In this document: one piece after another, positions 38,002 to 48,391 of the stretch | Numbering within the stretch: position 1 is the first letter of the stretch | How the letters are laid out: every line of letters begins with the position of its first letter | Source of the DNA: Deltaproteobacteria bacterium | Lineage (GTDB): Bacteria; Desulfobacterota; Desulfarculia; JACQYL01 | NCBI GenBank assembly: GCA_016208165.1 | Contig: JACQYL010000053.1 | Coordinates: 21,447 to 85,446, forward strand | Direction of reading: 5' to 3' | Length of the DNA: 64,000 nucleotides | Position numbers and translations under genes: made by a program | The notes under the pieces: model-generated | Told to the model about the DNA's origin: nothing | What the model saw: only the letters and a program-made list of their open reading frames with translations | Database searches by the model: none

Positions 38002-38170
38002 ATTCCTACGAGAAACGGTTGAACGGATATTCCCGATCCCTACCGGCTCGCTTCAAAGAAATCCGTTGAAGCCGCCAAAAAGCTGAGTTACGGTAGATAA
38101 CGAATGGTGACGGAGTTCGCTGCCTTAAACTTCCCGACATCGACCTTTGGACTATGCATAATGAGGGAGC

Positions 38171-39580
38171 ATGCAGCGGTTCTTTCTTAAATGGCTGGTG
38201 CTGAGGATTGTTTTATCCATCTGTAGTTTCAGCATATGCTGCATAGCGGCTGAAGAAGGAAACGTAGTTAATGACATTAGGATAGACGGCAAGCCTCATG
38301 ATTCCTACTTTTTCCGCTACGAACCACCACCGGCCATTTCTTCCTCATCCGATATTACGATCAAAAACGCGGAAATCGTCTTTAATTCCCGTAGATGCGC
38401 TTCTGAAAATCTTGTCCTGCATGGACGCATTATAGCTAAACAGACTTGTACAGTCGACTCCGAACTTACCGGATTTCGAAATACGGTCAACGCCGGTGGA
38501 TATCGGATCTATCCGGCGCTTATCAACGCCCACGATCACGGGTTTTCCAACTGGTCACCACCGATCAAAACACTCAAGTTCACCAATTATGTGGAATGGA
38601 TCGATCACGTACATAAACACTCGGATCCAAGCATCGCAGAAAACAGGATCACCTCTTTCGCCGACCGGCTCGATTTGATGTTTTATAAACAGGTTTTCAA
38701 CGGTGTGGGAACAGTGGAGCTTTTCACCGATAACACAAACAAATACTACGTGTACCAATATCCCATCCGCATTCTAGACATGTTCAGCCACAGCCATTCC
38801 ATCCTCGTCGGAGAACGCAGAACGGCGCTGGATTACGCCAGGACCAAAGGCGTTCAGCCTTTCCTGATTCATTTGGGCGAAGGGAAAGATGAAGCCATGC
38901 GCAAGGAGCTCGGTTGTCTCGACCGACTGGGCGCGCTATCCTCGAATACGGTGCTGATCCATGGAATTGCCTTCAAAGAAGGTGACTGGAAAAGAATCGC
39001 CCGTACCGGTGCGGCTCTCGTATGGTGCCCTTCCTCCAACATGCATCTGTACGGAACCACGGCCGACATTCCCGGAGCATTGAAGGCCGGGGTCAGGGTC
39101 TGCATCGGCACGGACGGCGCGATTACGGGAGGCAAGGGTCTGCTGGAGGAACTGCGTGTGGCGCAGCGTATCTATCCCAACATATCTTCTCAAAAGCTGT
39201 TTGAAATGGTTACCGAAACCGCGGCCTCGATTCTCGCAATCGATGACCAGGTAGGCACGTTGGATCCCGGAAAGCGGGCGGACCTTCTAATCGTTCGTAA
39301 GAAATCGGACGATCCGTTCCGAGACCTGATCGAGCTACAGCCCGAGGATATTGGACTCTTGATGGTGGACGGTGTTCCGGTATTCGGAGACGTCTTCTTT
39401 CTGAACGAGTTTCGCCTGCCCGTGGAGCGCGTTAAACATATTCAGGTGGCCGGGAAGAAAAAATTCCTGGTTGGAGATCTGGAGGGGCTTCTGGCCTCCA
39501 TCGCGCGTACCATCGGATATGCCAAGGGCTTCGATTTTCTTCCAACCATCGAATGGAGCCGCGACACGGCCGCTGAATAA
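38171..39580 (+). CDS. Amidohydrolase-superfamily metal-dependent hydrolase
   Basis: LINAHDHG metal-binding HxH motif, later His/Asp ligands (LIHLGEG...HGIAF...GTDG). N-terminal hydrophobic segment. Confidence 0.7.
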   Translation: MQRFFLKWLVLRIVLSICSFSICCIAAEEGNVVNDIRIDGKPHDSYFFRYEPPPAISSSSDITIKNAEIVFNSRRCASENLVLHGRIIAKQTCTVDSELTGFRNTVNAGGYRIYPALINAHDHGFSNWSPPIKTLKFTNYVEWIDHVHKHSDPSIAENRITSFADRLDLMFYKQVFNGVGTVELFTDNTNKYYVYQYPIRILDMFSHSHSILVGERRTALDYARTKGVQPFLIHLGEGKDEAMRKELGCLDRLGALSSNTVLIHGIAFKEGDWKRIARTGAALVWCPSSNMHLYGTTADIPGALKAGVRVCIGTDGAITGGKGLLEELRVAQRIYPNISSQKLFEMVTETAASILAIDDQVGTLDPGKRADLLIVRKKSDDPFRDLIELQPEDIGLLMVDGVPVFGDVFFLNEFRLPVERVKHIQVAGKKKFLVGDLEGLLASIARTIGYAKGFDFLPTIEWSRDTAAE

Positions 39581-39764
39581 ACTTCCCATACTTCCATCCG
39601 GTGATACTCGAAGCGAAGCTCCGAACAGGACAGGTTCCACGCCGGACTCGCTGGAAGATATGAGGATATAGAACGGGTTTGCCGCCGTTAACGTACCTGA
39701 AGCGCGGTCGTCGACTTCCCTCTTCCGCTTCTTCCAAACCCGGTGCCCTGTTCATGCCGAACGG

Positions 39765-40496
39765 TCACATCTTCTTTAACACCATGGTGTATCCGTTTTT
39801 CACTGCCTTCTTTATGCCCAGTTTTAGTAGAAAGAATTTCCATGCCTGCATGGGGAAGTCTACGAACATCCGATCGGATCCCCAACCCTCGGTCAAATCA
39901 GGCATCGAATATCGGTACACAATCTCCGCCAAGGCATATCTGTCCGAGATCACTTGCCTGGATCGAGGGGCGACGCTCTTGCAGAGATAGTGGCTGAACA
40001 CGTCCGGATTGTACGGCTTGACGTGGGATAGATCGTCATAAAATCGGGTCCAGAGCAAAGGAGTGCTGATGACGAGAGAACCGCCGGGGGACAAGACTCT
40101 GTCGATTTCCTTGACAAACGTGTAAAGTTCCAAGGGATCCAGGTGTTCCATCATATGACTGCAGTGTATGTAGTCCACGGCTTCGTCCTCGAACGGAAGC
40201 CTTTCGGGCGCCGTGTACGCCACCACGTTAGCATAGAGGCTGCTCAAATGCTTCACCGCTTCAGGATTGGAATCCAGAAGGAATACACGTTCGTATCTAT
40301 CATCGAGCTTCAGATGACGAACAAAAAGCCCGTCGCCGGATCCGATATCAACAATCGTCGCAGTTCCATGGGACGGCAGAAATCTCCCAGCCACCTCGTA
40401 GAAAGGAACGCGTTCCATGGTGGAATACTGTTTTCTGCAGCGGTAAGATTCCATCCACCGGCGATAGCTCGCTTTGATGTTATCCGTGCGACCCAT
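39765..40496 (-). CDS. Class I SAM-dependent methyltransferase
   Basis: Motif I VDIGSGDGLF and downstream acidic-residue pattern. Confidence 0.6.
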   Translation of the reverse strand: MGRTDNIKASYRRWMESYRCRKQYSTMERVPFYEVAGRFLPSHGTATIVDIGSGDGLFVRHLKLDDRYERVFLLDSNPEAVKHLSSLYANVVAYTAPERLPFEDEAVDYIHCSHMMEHLDPLELYTFVKEIDRVLSPGGSLVISTPLLWTRFYDDLSHVKPYNPDVFSHYLCKSVAPRSRQVISDRYALAEIVYRYSMPDLTEGWGSDRMFVDFPMQAWKFFLLKLGIKKAVKNGYTMVLKKM

Positions 40497-40756
40497 TGGA
40501 TTGAACCTCTTGAAATGTCATTTCGGACCAGCTTGAGCCTGCCGAAGGGCCCGTGCCGCCTTGCCGGCAAGAAAATCAAGCTTCATGAATTTTCCGGGTT
40601 ACCTGACCCCGCCCGCCACCGATCTTCGCTGCACAATTCGTTTGAACGGTTCCAGGATTCTTCCGAAGACCCTGTCAAGAACACTCGATCGCTTCGCAAG
40701 ACCGCTTTATTTCCGCAACACGCGAGCGTTTTTCCTAAAGATGATCGGGCCGTCGG

Positions 40757-42760
40757 TTAGTAAACAAAAATCGACGCCCAGTCCGCGAATCGGGTCTGAA
40801 AAACGTCGCCTCGATTCACCACCGCCAACTCGAGCTTCTGAACGCCTCGCACATTCACCAGGATTTTGAGGGGCGGTTCTCCTGCCTTGATCCACGTTGT
40901 CTGGGCGAGTTGGCGCCTGTCTCCGAACACCGAAAAAACGACGATCTTGGTTTCCGACTCCGCAGCGTCGTCCAGCCCCACCACGGCCTCGAGGCCCTTG
41001 TAGCGACCGTCGAGCCGATACACCACGGAACTGCTGGAACGCATTCGAATGCCGTTGGCATATTGGACTCCTCTCAGGTTCAAATACCCGCCGCAAATCT
41101 CGGGAGCAAAGAAGTGCTCTATGATGCCTCTTACGGGTACAACGGGATGAAGGGCGGTAAGGTACCGCGGAGAACCGACACCCACCACACTGTTCGCCCA
41201 CCGGATCGTAGAGGAGCCGGTCTCCTCATACGTGGGAGCACGAATGGACGAAGGGTTCCCGCAATAAAGGACCGCCGCGCAGGCGAGACCTTTTCGATAC
41301 ATCCGTACCATGTAGGCTCGCGACCATCCAGAGTCGGCGCCGGGATCGAAGGGCCTCCCCGGCTCCACGGCGTCCGTTACGACCACATACCCGGCGCCTG
41401 TCGGACCCCCAACTCCCGGCGAGAGGAGATAGAGGTTTTTCGTTGAACGATTTCCGAATAGGGACAGGTACGAGAAAGCGCCCGCGTCCGCCCATACGGG
41501 AATGTTCGGATTTTCGGAGATCAAAGAGGCCACTTCAGGAATGAATCGCGTTCGGGCGGTGTAGCGCTCTTGGTTTTCGGAAAGGGCCGGCCAGTCGTTC
41601 ATAAACAGCAACACGCAACACACCAGGAAAACGGTTTTGAATGGGTATCTGACTTGGCCGATGGGTTTGTTCAACACATCGAAGGCTCCGGCAGCCGTCA
41701 AAGCGAGCGGCGCGGACAGGGCAGCCAAGTCCGCCGGATTACGCAAAAACGAGAACGCCCCCTGCCCCAAGGCTCCCATGGATAAGGACAGTCCCACGGG
41801 AAGCAGGAGCCAGTACATCACAAAACGATTTTTGGGCCTGCCCCAAGCCGCCAACATCAGACCTAAAACGATCGCCGCACACAGCGTCTTCGGCAAGCCA
41901 TCGTAGGAATAGGCGTCGGGTATCGCATCCCATGCAGGTCCCGACCATTCCGCGCCAAATAAAGCCGCGGAGATCACGTAGACGACGAGTGAGGCCGCAA
42001 ACCAGCTCGAGTAGAAATAGGCGGCTTCCTTCCAAGGCCGTTGACGGTTGGGACTCTCGTAGTACAGCAGCACGCATGAGAACGGAAACAACATCCATCC
42101 CCATGGCCCGCACCAGCAGGCCGCGCCGAAAAGGAGTCCCGAAAAAATCAGGCTTCCCTTTTTCTTGTTCCGATGTGTACGCTGTTTCAGCAGGATCCAC
42201 GTAGCCAGGGAAACAAGCGTTCCTGCTGCAAGGGCTCCGCTCACCCGCGTGGCCGAAAAGATATCCGGAGCCCATATCGCGCAAAAGAACGCGGAAAGAA
42301 CCCCTGCAAAACGATTCTCAAACAATCGACTACCCAGTAGGTACAGGAGTGCTATCTGGCCCAGGGATATCAGAACGGGCCATCTCCAGATTACGGATGA
42401 CGATGGTCCTAAAACGGCAAGAAACGCTCGAACGGGTAACAGGACCGACCAGGGAGCGGTCAAGGAAGGTTCGATTTGATGTTGGAAAAACGTTTGATAC
42501 AACAAGCGGGCGTCTTGTTCGCCGATGCCGGTAAAGAAGACGGCTCGGAGCAGCATGCCGAGGGCAAGAACCCCAAAAAATAAGGGGCAAGCGCGCCGCT
42601 CCGCCCACACGACCGCGCTCGGGAGGATGTTTCCCTGCTCCGGGGGCTCCTGGGATCTTAACTTTCCACCGGTATCCAATGTTTCCGCGGTAGACGTCTC
42701 AAGAAAAAAAAGGCGGCGCCCGAAAACAGTTCGGAGCACGCCGCCTGGATGACGAGTCAC
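40757..42760 (-). CDS. Multi-pass membrane GT-C-like glycosyltransferase with C-terminal NPCBM (NEW2) carbohydrate-binding-like domain
   Basis: At least 10 predicted TM helices in the N-terminal 400 aa. C-terminal 150 aa show the NPCBM pattern (VYRLDGRYKGLEAVVGLDD...VVFSVFGDRRQL...ILVNVRGVQKLELAVVNRGD...FADWASI). Confidence 0.5.
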   Translation of the reverse strand: MTRHPGGVLRTVFGRRLFFLETSTAETLDTGGKLRSQEPPEQGNILPSAVVWAERRACPLFFGVLALGMLLRAVFFTGIGEQDARLLYQTFFQHQIEPSLTAPWSVLLPVRAFLAVLGPSSSVIWRWPVLISLGQIALLYLLGSRLFENRFAGVLSAFFCAIWAPDIFSATRVSGALAAGTLVSLATWILLKQRTHRNKKKGSLIFSGLLFGAACWCGPWGWMLFPFSCVLLYYESPNRQRPWKEAAYFYSSWFAASLVVYVISAALFGAEWSGPAWDAIPDAYSYDGLPKTLCAAIVLGLMLAAWGRPKNRFVMYWLLLPVGLSLSMGALGQGAFSFLRNPADLAALSAPLALTAAGAFDVLNKPIGQVRYPFKTVFLVCCVLLFMNDWPALSENQERYTARTRFIPEVASLISENPNIPVWADAGAFSYLSLFGNRSTKNLYLLSPGVGGPTGAGYVVVTDAVEPGRPFDPGADSGWSRAYMVRMYRKGLACAAVLYCGNPSSIRAPTYEETGSSTIRWANSVVGVGSPRYLTALHPVVPVRGIIEHFFAPEICGGYLNLRGVQYANGIRMRSSSSVVYRLDGRYKGLEAVVGLDDAAESETKIVVFSVFGDRRQLAQTTWIKAGEPPLKILVNVRGVQKLELAVVNRGDVFQTRFADWASIFVY

Positions 42761-42763
42761 CGG

Positions 42764-44164
42764 TTAAAAACCACCATACCCCATATTCACGGTTGCGGAA
42801 CCCGAGGTTACGGTTACATAGTTGACCCGTGTCTTGGTATTGGAACCGGCCGTGTTGGAGACCTGAAGCTTTACCGTATATATTCCCACCGCGGTGTAAT
42901 TATGAACGGGATTCTGCAGTAGGCTCTGGACGAGATTCGGATCTCCGGCGTCTCCGAAATTCCACTGCCAGGAAGTGGGACTGCCCGTGGATTGGTCTTG
43001 AAAAGTCACGAATAAGGGCGAAGGTCCGGTCGTGACCGTCGTGGCAATAAAGTCGGCCGTCGGCATCACATCGGCGGCGCTGACGCTGATGTAGTTCACT
43101 CTGGTGGTCCCGTTGCTGCCAAACGCGTTGCTTGCTATGAGCGTTACCGTGTACACGCCCGGATTCGTAAAGTTATGGGATGGATTCTGGAGCGCACTCT
43201 GAACCACGCTCGGATCTCCCGCGTCTCCAAAGTTCCACATCCAGCTTGTGGGGCTGCCCAAGGACGTATCAATAAAACCGACGGCCAAAGGCGCCGGTCC
43301 GCTGGTGGGCATCCCTGAGAACTGAGCTAATGGGGGCGTACCCGTAGCTGCGACCGAGACATAGCCGTTCTGGGTCAGCAGGGTCGATCCGCTGATGTTG
43401 GACACAGACAGAGACACGTCATAGGTTCCGGGATTATTGTAGGTATGTTGCGGATTTTGAAGCGTACTGGCAGCCCCATCCCCAAAACTCCATCCGAAGG
43501 CATCTTTGAAGTTGTTGGCGAGGGGCGACAGCACCGTCGGCGCCATGGACGGCGTCACGCCGACGTTACCCGAGGATGCGTTGGAAAACACCGTCGTCAT
43601 CTGCTCGGTACCGTCTCCCAAGTCCGTGGCGGTAAAGGTATTTCCTGACATAGTTGTCAAGAAGGCTTTGAAATCGACAGCGTCGAACGTATACACAATC
43701 ACCGTGGAACCGACCGTATAATCCTGGACATACATGCTCAACACATTGCTGCCGTCTTTCCAGATGCCGGAACGATCCGTCAATTGCGCTTGAAACGTTT
43801 TCGTAATGTCGATGACGGTGTCCGTATTCGGCGTGACGGTCCTGTTCGTAATCGTTGCGGTACCGGCCGTGGGTGCTGCAAATGAGAGGTGTAGCCCGCG
43901 GTCTTGACTGGGATCCAGGGAAAGAGCCTCAAACGTATTTCCCGACATGGAGCCGAGAAATGCATAGAAGTTAATTGCATCCCGGGTATAGATGACCACC
44001 GTGGAATTACCCTGCAGATAGTGCTGGATATAGAAGTTATGAATCGGATTGCCGCTCGTATCCTTCCACAGCCCCTGATAGCCGGTAGGCTGTCCGAAAG
44101 ACACACCTGGGACGAGCATCATCGCCACAAGACACGAAGAGACCAGCCACTGTTTAATTTTCAT
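42764..44164 (-). CDS. Secreted PKD-domain repeat protein
   Basis: Signal peptide. Three tandem PKD-like repeats (W.FGDG......NP.H.Y...G.Y.V.L..SN..GS) and two N-terminal repeats of another about 90-aa unit. Stop is 3 nt from the next gene's start. Confidence 0.75.
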   Translation of the reverse strand: MKIKQWLVSSCLVAMMLVPGVSFGQPTGYQGLWKDTSGNPIHNFYIQHYLQGNSTVVIYTRDAINFYAFLGSMSGNTFEALSLDPSQDRGLHLSFAAPTAGTATITNRTVTPNTDTVIDITKTFQAQLTDRSGIWKDGSNVLSMYVQDYTVGSTVIVYTFDAVDFKAFLTTMSGNTFTATDLGDGTEQMTTVFSNASSGNVGVTPSMAPTVLSPLANNFKDAFGWSFGDGAASTLQNPQHTYNNPGTYDVSLSVSNISGSTLLTQNGYVSVAATGTPPLAQFSGMPTSGPAPLAVGFIDTSLGSPTSWMWNFGDAGDPSVVQSALQNPSHNFTNPGVYTVTLIASNAFGSNGTTRVNYISVSAADVMPTADFIATTVTTGPSPLFVTFQDQSTGSPTSWQWNFGDAGDPNLVQSLLQNPVHNYTAVGIYTVKLQVSNTAGSNTKTRVNYVTVTSGSATVNMGYGGF

Positions 44165-44530
44165 GCTTTCTTCCCTTCTTCTTGAAAGAACTCACGTCGT
44201 GTAACATTAGTTACAATTCTATTTAATTCTGCTTTGTGGAGTCAAGAGAATAGATGTCGAACTCTTCTTTCGACACGCTCAGAAAGTTCGCGGGCAGGGC
44301 ATACAGACAAGACGATTACTAACTATATGTAAATGTTTTCAAAATTAGAAGAAGGCCTTAGAACCACCGTTCGTCCCGGCGCCGGTGACCATTACGGGAA
44401 GTCAAAGAGAAGCTTGCAATTTTGTCGCTTTTCCTGCAATGGTCACTTGGAATTGCCCGTTTATGTTTCACTGTACCTCTAACCGGTAGCCCGGTTCCTT
44501 TTTGAAATCATCATCTCACACGCAGCATAC

Positions 44531-45886
44531 ATGAAACGTATCCTGTTGATTTCTTATTGTGGGCCGCCCAACGCGGCGGTGCCCACAAAGAGAATTTCCT
44601 TTTTTGCCCGTCATCTCGATGCCCTTGGATGGACGCCCACCATTATTTCTGCCCATCCGCGCTACGCGGAAGTCCGCGACGATTTTTTTGTCCGCATACT
44701 TCCACCCGGATGCCGCATTTACCACACGCCGTCCTTCGAACCCTTTCGAAGCCGTTTCGTGCATTCCCATTCGCCGATTCCCCCCTCGGGACAGGAAGCG
44801 CCAACCCATAACCACACCCTTCAGCGGCGTCTGGATTGGGTTCTACTCACCCTACGCAGGCTATTGTCCTACGGATATCCCGTCCAGGAGCCCCAGTGGG
44901 GATGGAACCATTTCGTATTGCCCCGTGCTCGCGAACTGATTCGCACAGGCCGATTTTCCGTGGTTCTGGTTTCGCTTCCGCCGTTCTCGTCCATGCTCGC
45001 CGGGTATGCGCTCAAGAAGGAGTTCGGGATAAAGCTTGTGCTGGACTACCGGGATCCATTTCACCAGGTGCAAAATGGAGCCGTTGCTCCGTTCATGCGA
45101 TCGAGAAAGTATTCTCTCCGGGCCCGCCGACACATCCTGCTCGAGAATCGAGTACTTTCGGCCGCAGACGGCATCCTGGCGGCCACTTCCAGGAGCACGC
45201 AGCAGTTCAGGGACCGCCTCGGGCCCGAATTCAACGCCAGAACAAAAACGATTACCAACGCCTTTGATGAAGATATTCTCGACACCATACCGGCCAAACA
45301 CTTCGATCGCTTCACCATTATCCATGGTGGTTCCCTGCACGGTCCGCGCATCGAGGGACTGAAGCTGCTCGATGCCTTGGGCCGGCTGCTGAGGAGCGAG
45401 GCCGTGGCGCCGGATGCTTTCCAGGTGCTGCTCTTTCCCGGGACATTACCCGATTTTCATAAGGAACGAAGGCTTCGAACTCTATTGGATCGCTTCCCGG
45501 AACTGAACGCTGTGACGCGTTTCATGCCCTATTTGGGATACTACGACTACATAAGCTACGTAAAGGGCGCGGATCTGCTTTTCCTCGCATCCGGTCCCAT
45601 GAAAGAGATGATTCTTGCCAAATTCTACGATTACCTGGGAACGGGCCGTCCCATACTTGCTCTGGCCGATCCGGACAGCGCAATGGCCGACATTATAAAC
45701 CGGACCCGTTCGGGTGTCGTGATTCCCTACAACGAACTCTCCCTGCTGAAAATCACCATCCGGGACTTAATCAATCGGATCCGGCCTTCCGTCCGGACGA
45801 ACTCTCGATACGCTTCCGGATTCACGGCATCGAGCACTGCAAGCGATCTTGCCGCATTCCTGGATCGCATCGTTGGTCTCAGCTGA
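44531..45886 (+). CDS. GT-B fold glycosyltransferase (GT4-like)
   Basis: N-terminal ILLISYCGPPNAAVPTKRISFFARHLDALGW and C-terminal nucleotide-sugar-binding-like region. Assignment by general pattern only. Confidence 0.45.
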   Translation: MKRILLISYCGPPNAAVPTKRISFFARHLDALGWTPTIISAHPRYAEVRDDFFVRILPPGCRIYHTPSFEPFRSRFVHSHSPIPPSGQEAPTHNHTLQRRLDWVLLTLRRLLSYGYPVQEPQWGWNHFVLPRARELIRTGRFSVVLVSLPPFSSMLAGYALKKEFGIKLVLDYRDPFHQVQNGAVAPFMRSRKYSLRARRHILLENRVLSAADGILAATSRSTQQFRDRLGPEFNARTKTITNAFDEDILDTIPAKHFDRFTIIHGGSLHGPRIEGLKLLDALGRLLRSEAVAPDAFQVLLFPGTLPDFHKERRLRTLLDRFPELNAVTRFMPYLGYYDYISYVKGADLLFLASGPMKEMILAKFYDYLGTGRPILALADPDSAMADIINRTRSGVVIPYNELSLLKITIRDLINRIRPSVRTNSRYASGFTASSTASDLAAFLDRIVGLS

Positions 45887-47297
45887 TGTCGCCTCCAAAC
45901 GTTCAAGAGGGTAATTTTTCCGTCCGAGTCTTGGCCTATTTCGATAAGCTTTTCCCCCCCGGTTCGCTCCGTGGACCCACAATTAAAGGCGGCGTCTGGA
46001 CCCTTGTCTCCCTATCCCTTACCGGCCTGTTGGGCGTGGGATCGGGAGTCGTTCTCGCCCGCCTGCTGACCCCGGAGATTTTCGGTCTGGTGGGTGTCGC
46101 CCTCGCTACGGTGGCCATATGGGACGGTCTGACAAACCCGGGCGTGTGGCAGGCCTTGATTCAGAGATCCGACAACGTCGAGCCTTATCTCGATACCGCC
46201 TGGACCCTGCAGGTCGGAAGGGGCGTTCTGCTCTGTTGTTTGACTTTTTTCGGCGCGCCCTGGTTGGCGGCTTTTTACAACAATAACGAGCTGATTCCTC
46301 TTCTCAGAGTCCTATCTGTAACCTTTCTGATGCGTGGGGCTTCGAACCTATCCATGGTCGAATTGAATCGCGACATGCGGTTTCGAAGACTGGCGCTGTA
46401 TAATCAGATAACAGGGTTTGTCTCCATCTGTATTCAGGTCATTCTGGTCGTCCTGTTGAGAAACGCATGGGCTCTTGCGCTGGGGGCCGTTTCTTCAAGT
46501 TTGATACGATGTGTAGGATCATACGTTGTGATCCCAAGACTGAACCGTTTTGGGTGGGAATGGGCCAAGGCGCTCCCGCTGCTCCATTTCGGCAAGTACA
46601 TCTGGGGTTCGAGCCTTGTGTTTTTCCTGCTCTCGTGGGGCGACCGTGTATTCATAGGCCGAATGGTGGGCGAAAAGGAGTTGGGATTCTACGTCTTCGC
46701 TCTTTCCCTGGCCTACATATTTTCTGGGCCTCGATGGCGATTCTACCCTATGCGGGACTGATGGCCGTTCTGGCGCCTGATGTGGTCGCGTACATATATG
46801 GGACCAAATGGATCCAAGCCGTGCCCATCCTCAGAATCATGCTCGTCATGGGAGTGGCTTCAGCCTTTTCCGCCATAACCTACCCCCTTTTCAGAGCTGT
46901 CTCCCATCCGCGTCTGGATTTCCGGATGAATGTCGTATTTCTGGTGGTGGCGGCCGTCCTGATAGTGCCTTTCACCATGAAATACGGAATAACGGGAGTG
47001 GCTTTGGTGATGAGCATAGGGGCCTTGATCCGAGCCTTGGTAGGCTTTTTTTATACGCGTTCCTTGATTGGGATCTCGTTTGCCGCCCTGTTCGGCCCAC
47101 TGTCGGGTCTTCTCGCCGGGTCCATTCTCGCCGCGGCAGCGGCATGGCTGATCCGGTGGCGCCTGTTCGGAGATTCGGCGTGGTGGGCGCCGGCCGCCGC
47201 ATTGGCCCTGGCCCTGGTGCTTTACTTGGCCGTGGCGTTCTGGTGGTTTCTCCACGTGAGATCGGCGGAAAAACATCGGGAGGCTGGAACGGTTTGA
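45886..47297 (+). pseudogene. wzx: Wzx-type oligosaccharide flippase (MOP/polysaccharide biosynthesis protein) interrupted by a frameshift near 46720
   Basis: Two overlapping ORFs (45886-46761 and 46467-47297) are both multi-TM. They join into one about 470-aa Wzx-like protein if one frame change occurs around ...AYIF|WASMAILPY (46715-46725). Either a real pseudogene or a sequencing indel. Confidence 0.6.
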
Positions 47298-48391
47298 ACA
47301 TCACCGTCGGTCTGATAACCCGCAATCGGGCGCGCCCGCTCTAGAACTGCCTCGAAAGTCTATCGAGACAGCAGCTACTCCCGGAAGAAGTGATTGTCGT
47401 GGACAATGGGTCCGGCGACTCAACCGCCGATGTGGCGCGTTCCTTCGCCCGGAAGCTTCCGCTGCGTCTCTTCTCCGAAGCACGGCCCGGTATTCCCCGG
47501 TGTCGTAATCGTTGTCTGCGGGAAGCCCGAAACCGGGTATTGGCCTTCACGGACGATGATTGCAAGGTTCCTCCGGACTGGATCCAGAGGATCGCAACCT
47601 ATCACGAGGCCTATCCGGGCGCTGCGGCCATCGGAGGCCCGGTAGTGAACGGCGCCCCGGGCCTTCTGGGTGAGACCAATCAACGGATGTGGGAAAGCTG
47701 GTTATGCGCCTATCGGGAGGCGCCAAAATCCGGAACGTCGGATATCCGTTTTCGGACACCGGCCAGGATTCCACATGTCTTGAAAAGGCCCGCTCAAGTG
47801 CGGAGTCTGTTCACAGCCAACTGCTCGTATAAAGTGGTTTCGATCAGGCGCATCGGCGGTTTCAATGAATCACTGCTGACCATGTCGGACGAAGAATTGA
47901 ACTGGCGCCTCTGCAACTCCGGAGAACGGTTACTGTACATACCGGACATGCCCGTAGTTCATGCCCACCGTGGCGCTATTGCGTCCTTTATCGAGCAGCA
48001 TTTCCGGTACGGCATCGGGTTTTACCAGACGCGCACGCTGCATCCCGGTATGCCGGGTATTCTGCCTCGATCCACACTCGTTTCGGTATGGATGTTTCCA
48101 ATCCTCGCTCTGACACAAGCCTTGTTCAACGCAGGCGTCGCAAGGCTTTCGTGCAAAACGCTTCCCCTGGCGGTTTTGATGTGGATCGCAGAAACGGCGT
48201 TCCGTACCGGAGCCCTCTATGCCGGTACGGGGCATCGGAGGGCGGTCTTTTTACCGGCGCCCCAACCCGCTCCATCGAGGACGAGTGCGCCGTCCGCCCA
48301 CTCCCACTCGATGGCGGCCTCTCCCAAAGGCGACACAGAGAAGACACTGTCCTGTATCGCGCCGGGTCCCACTTCGAGAGGCAAGCTGTAA
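47294..48391 (+). pseudogene. GT2-family glycosyltransferase with an in-frame TAG (47342-47344) in the conserved N-terminal strand
   Basis: Same reading frame gives LNITVGLITRNRARPL-[TAG]-NCLESLSRQQLLPEEVIVVDNGSGDST, i.e. the canonical GT2 start (I.V.IPTYNRA..L..CLESL..Q.....E.IVVDNGS.D.T) with an amber codon replacing one residue. The ORF finder only reports the part after the stop (GTG at 47390). Confidence 0.6.

Noticed and set aside
46808-47344. 178-aa plus-strand ORF overlapping the 3' end of wzx
   Set aside because: Most of it is an out-of-frame read of the wzx coding region. Only its last 16 codons (LNITVGLITRNRARPL) are meaningful, as the true N-terminus of the downstream GT2 gene before its in-frame TAG.
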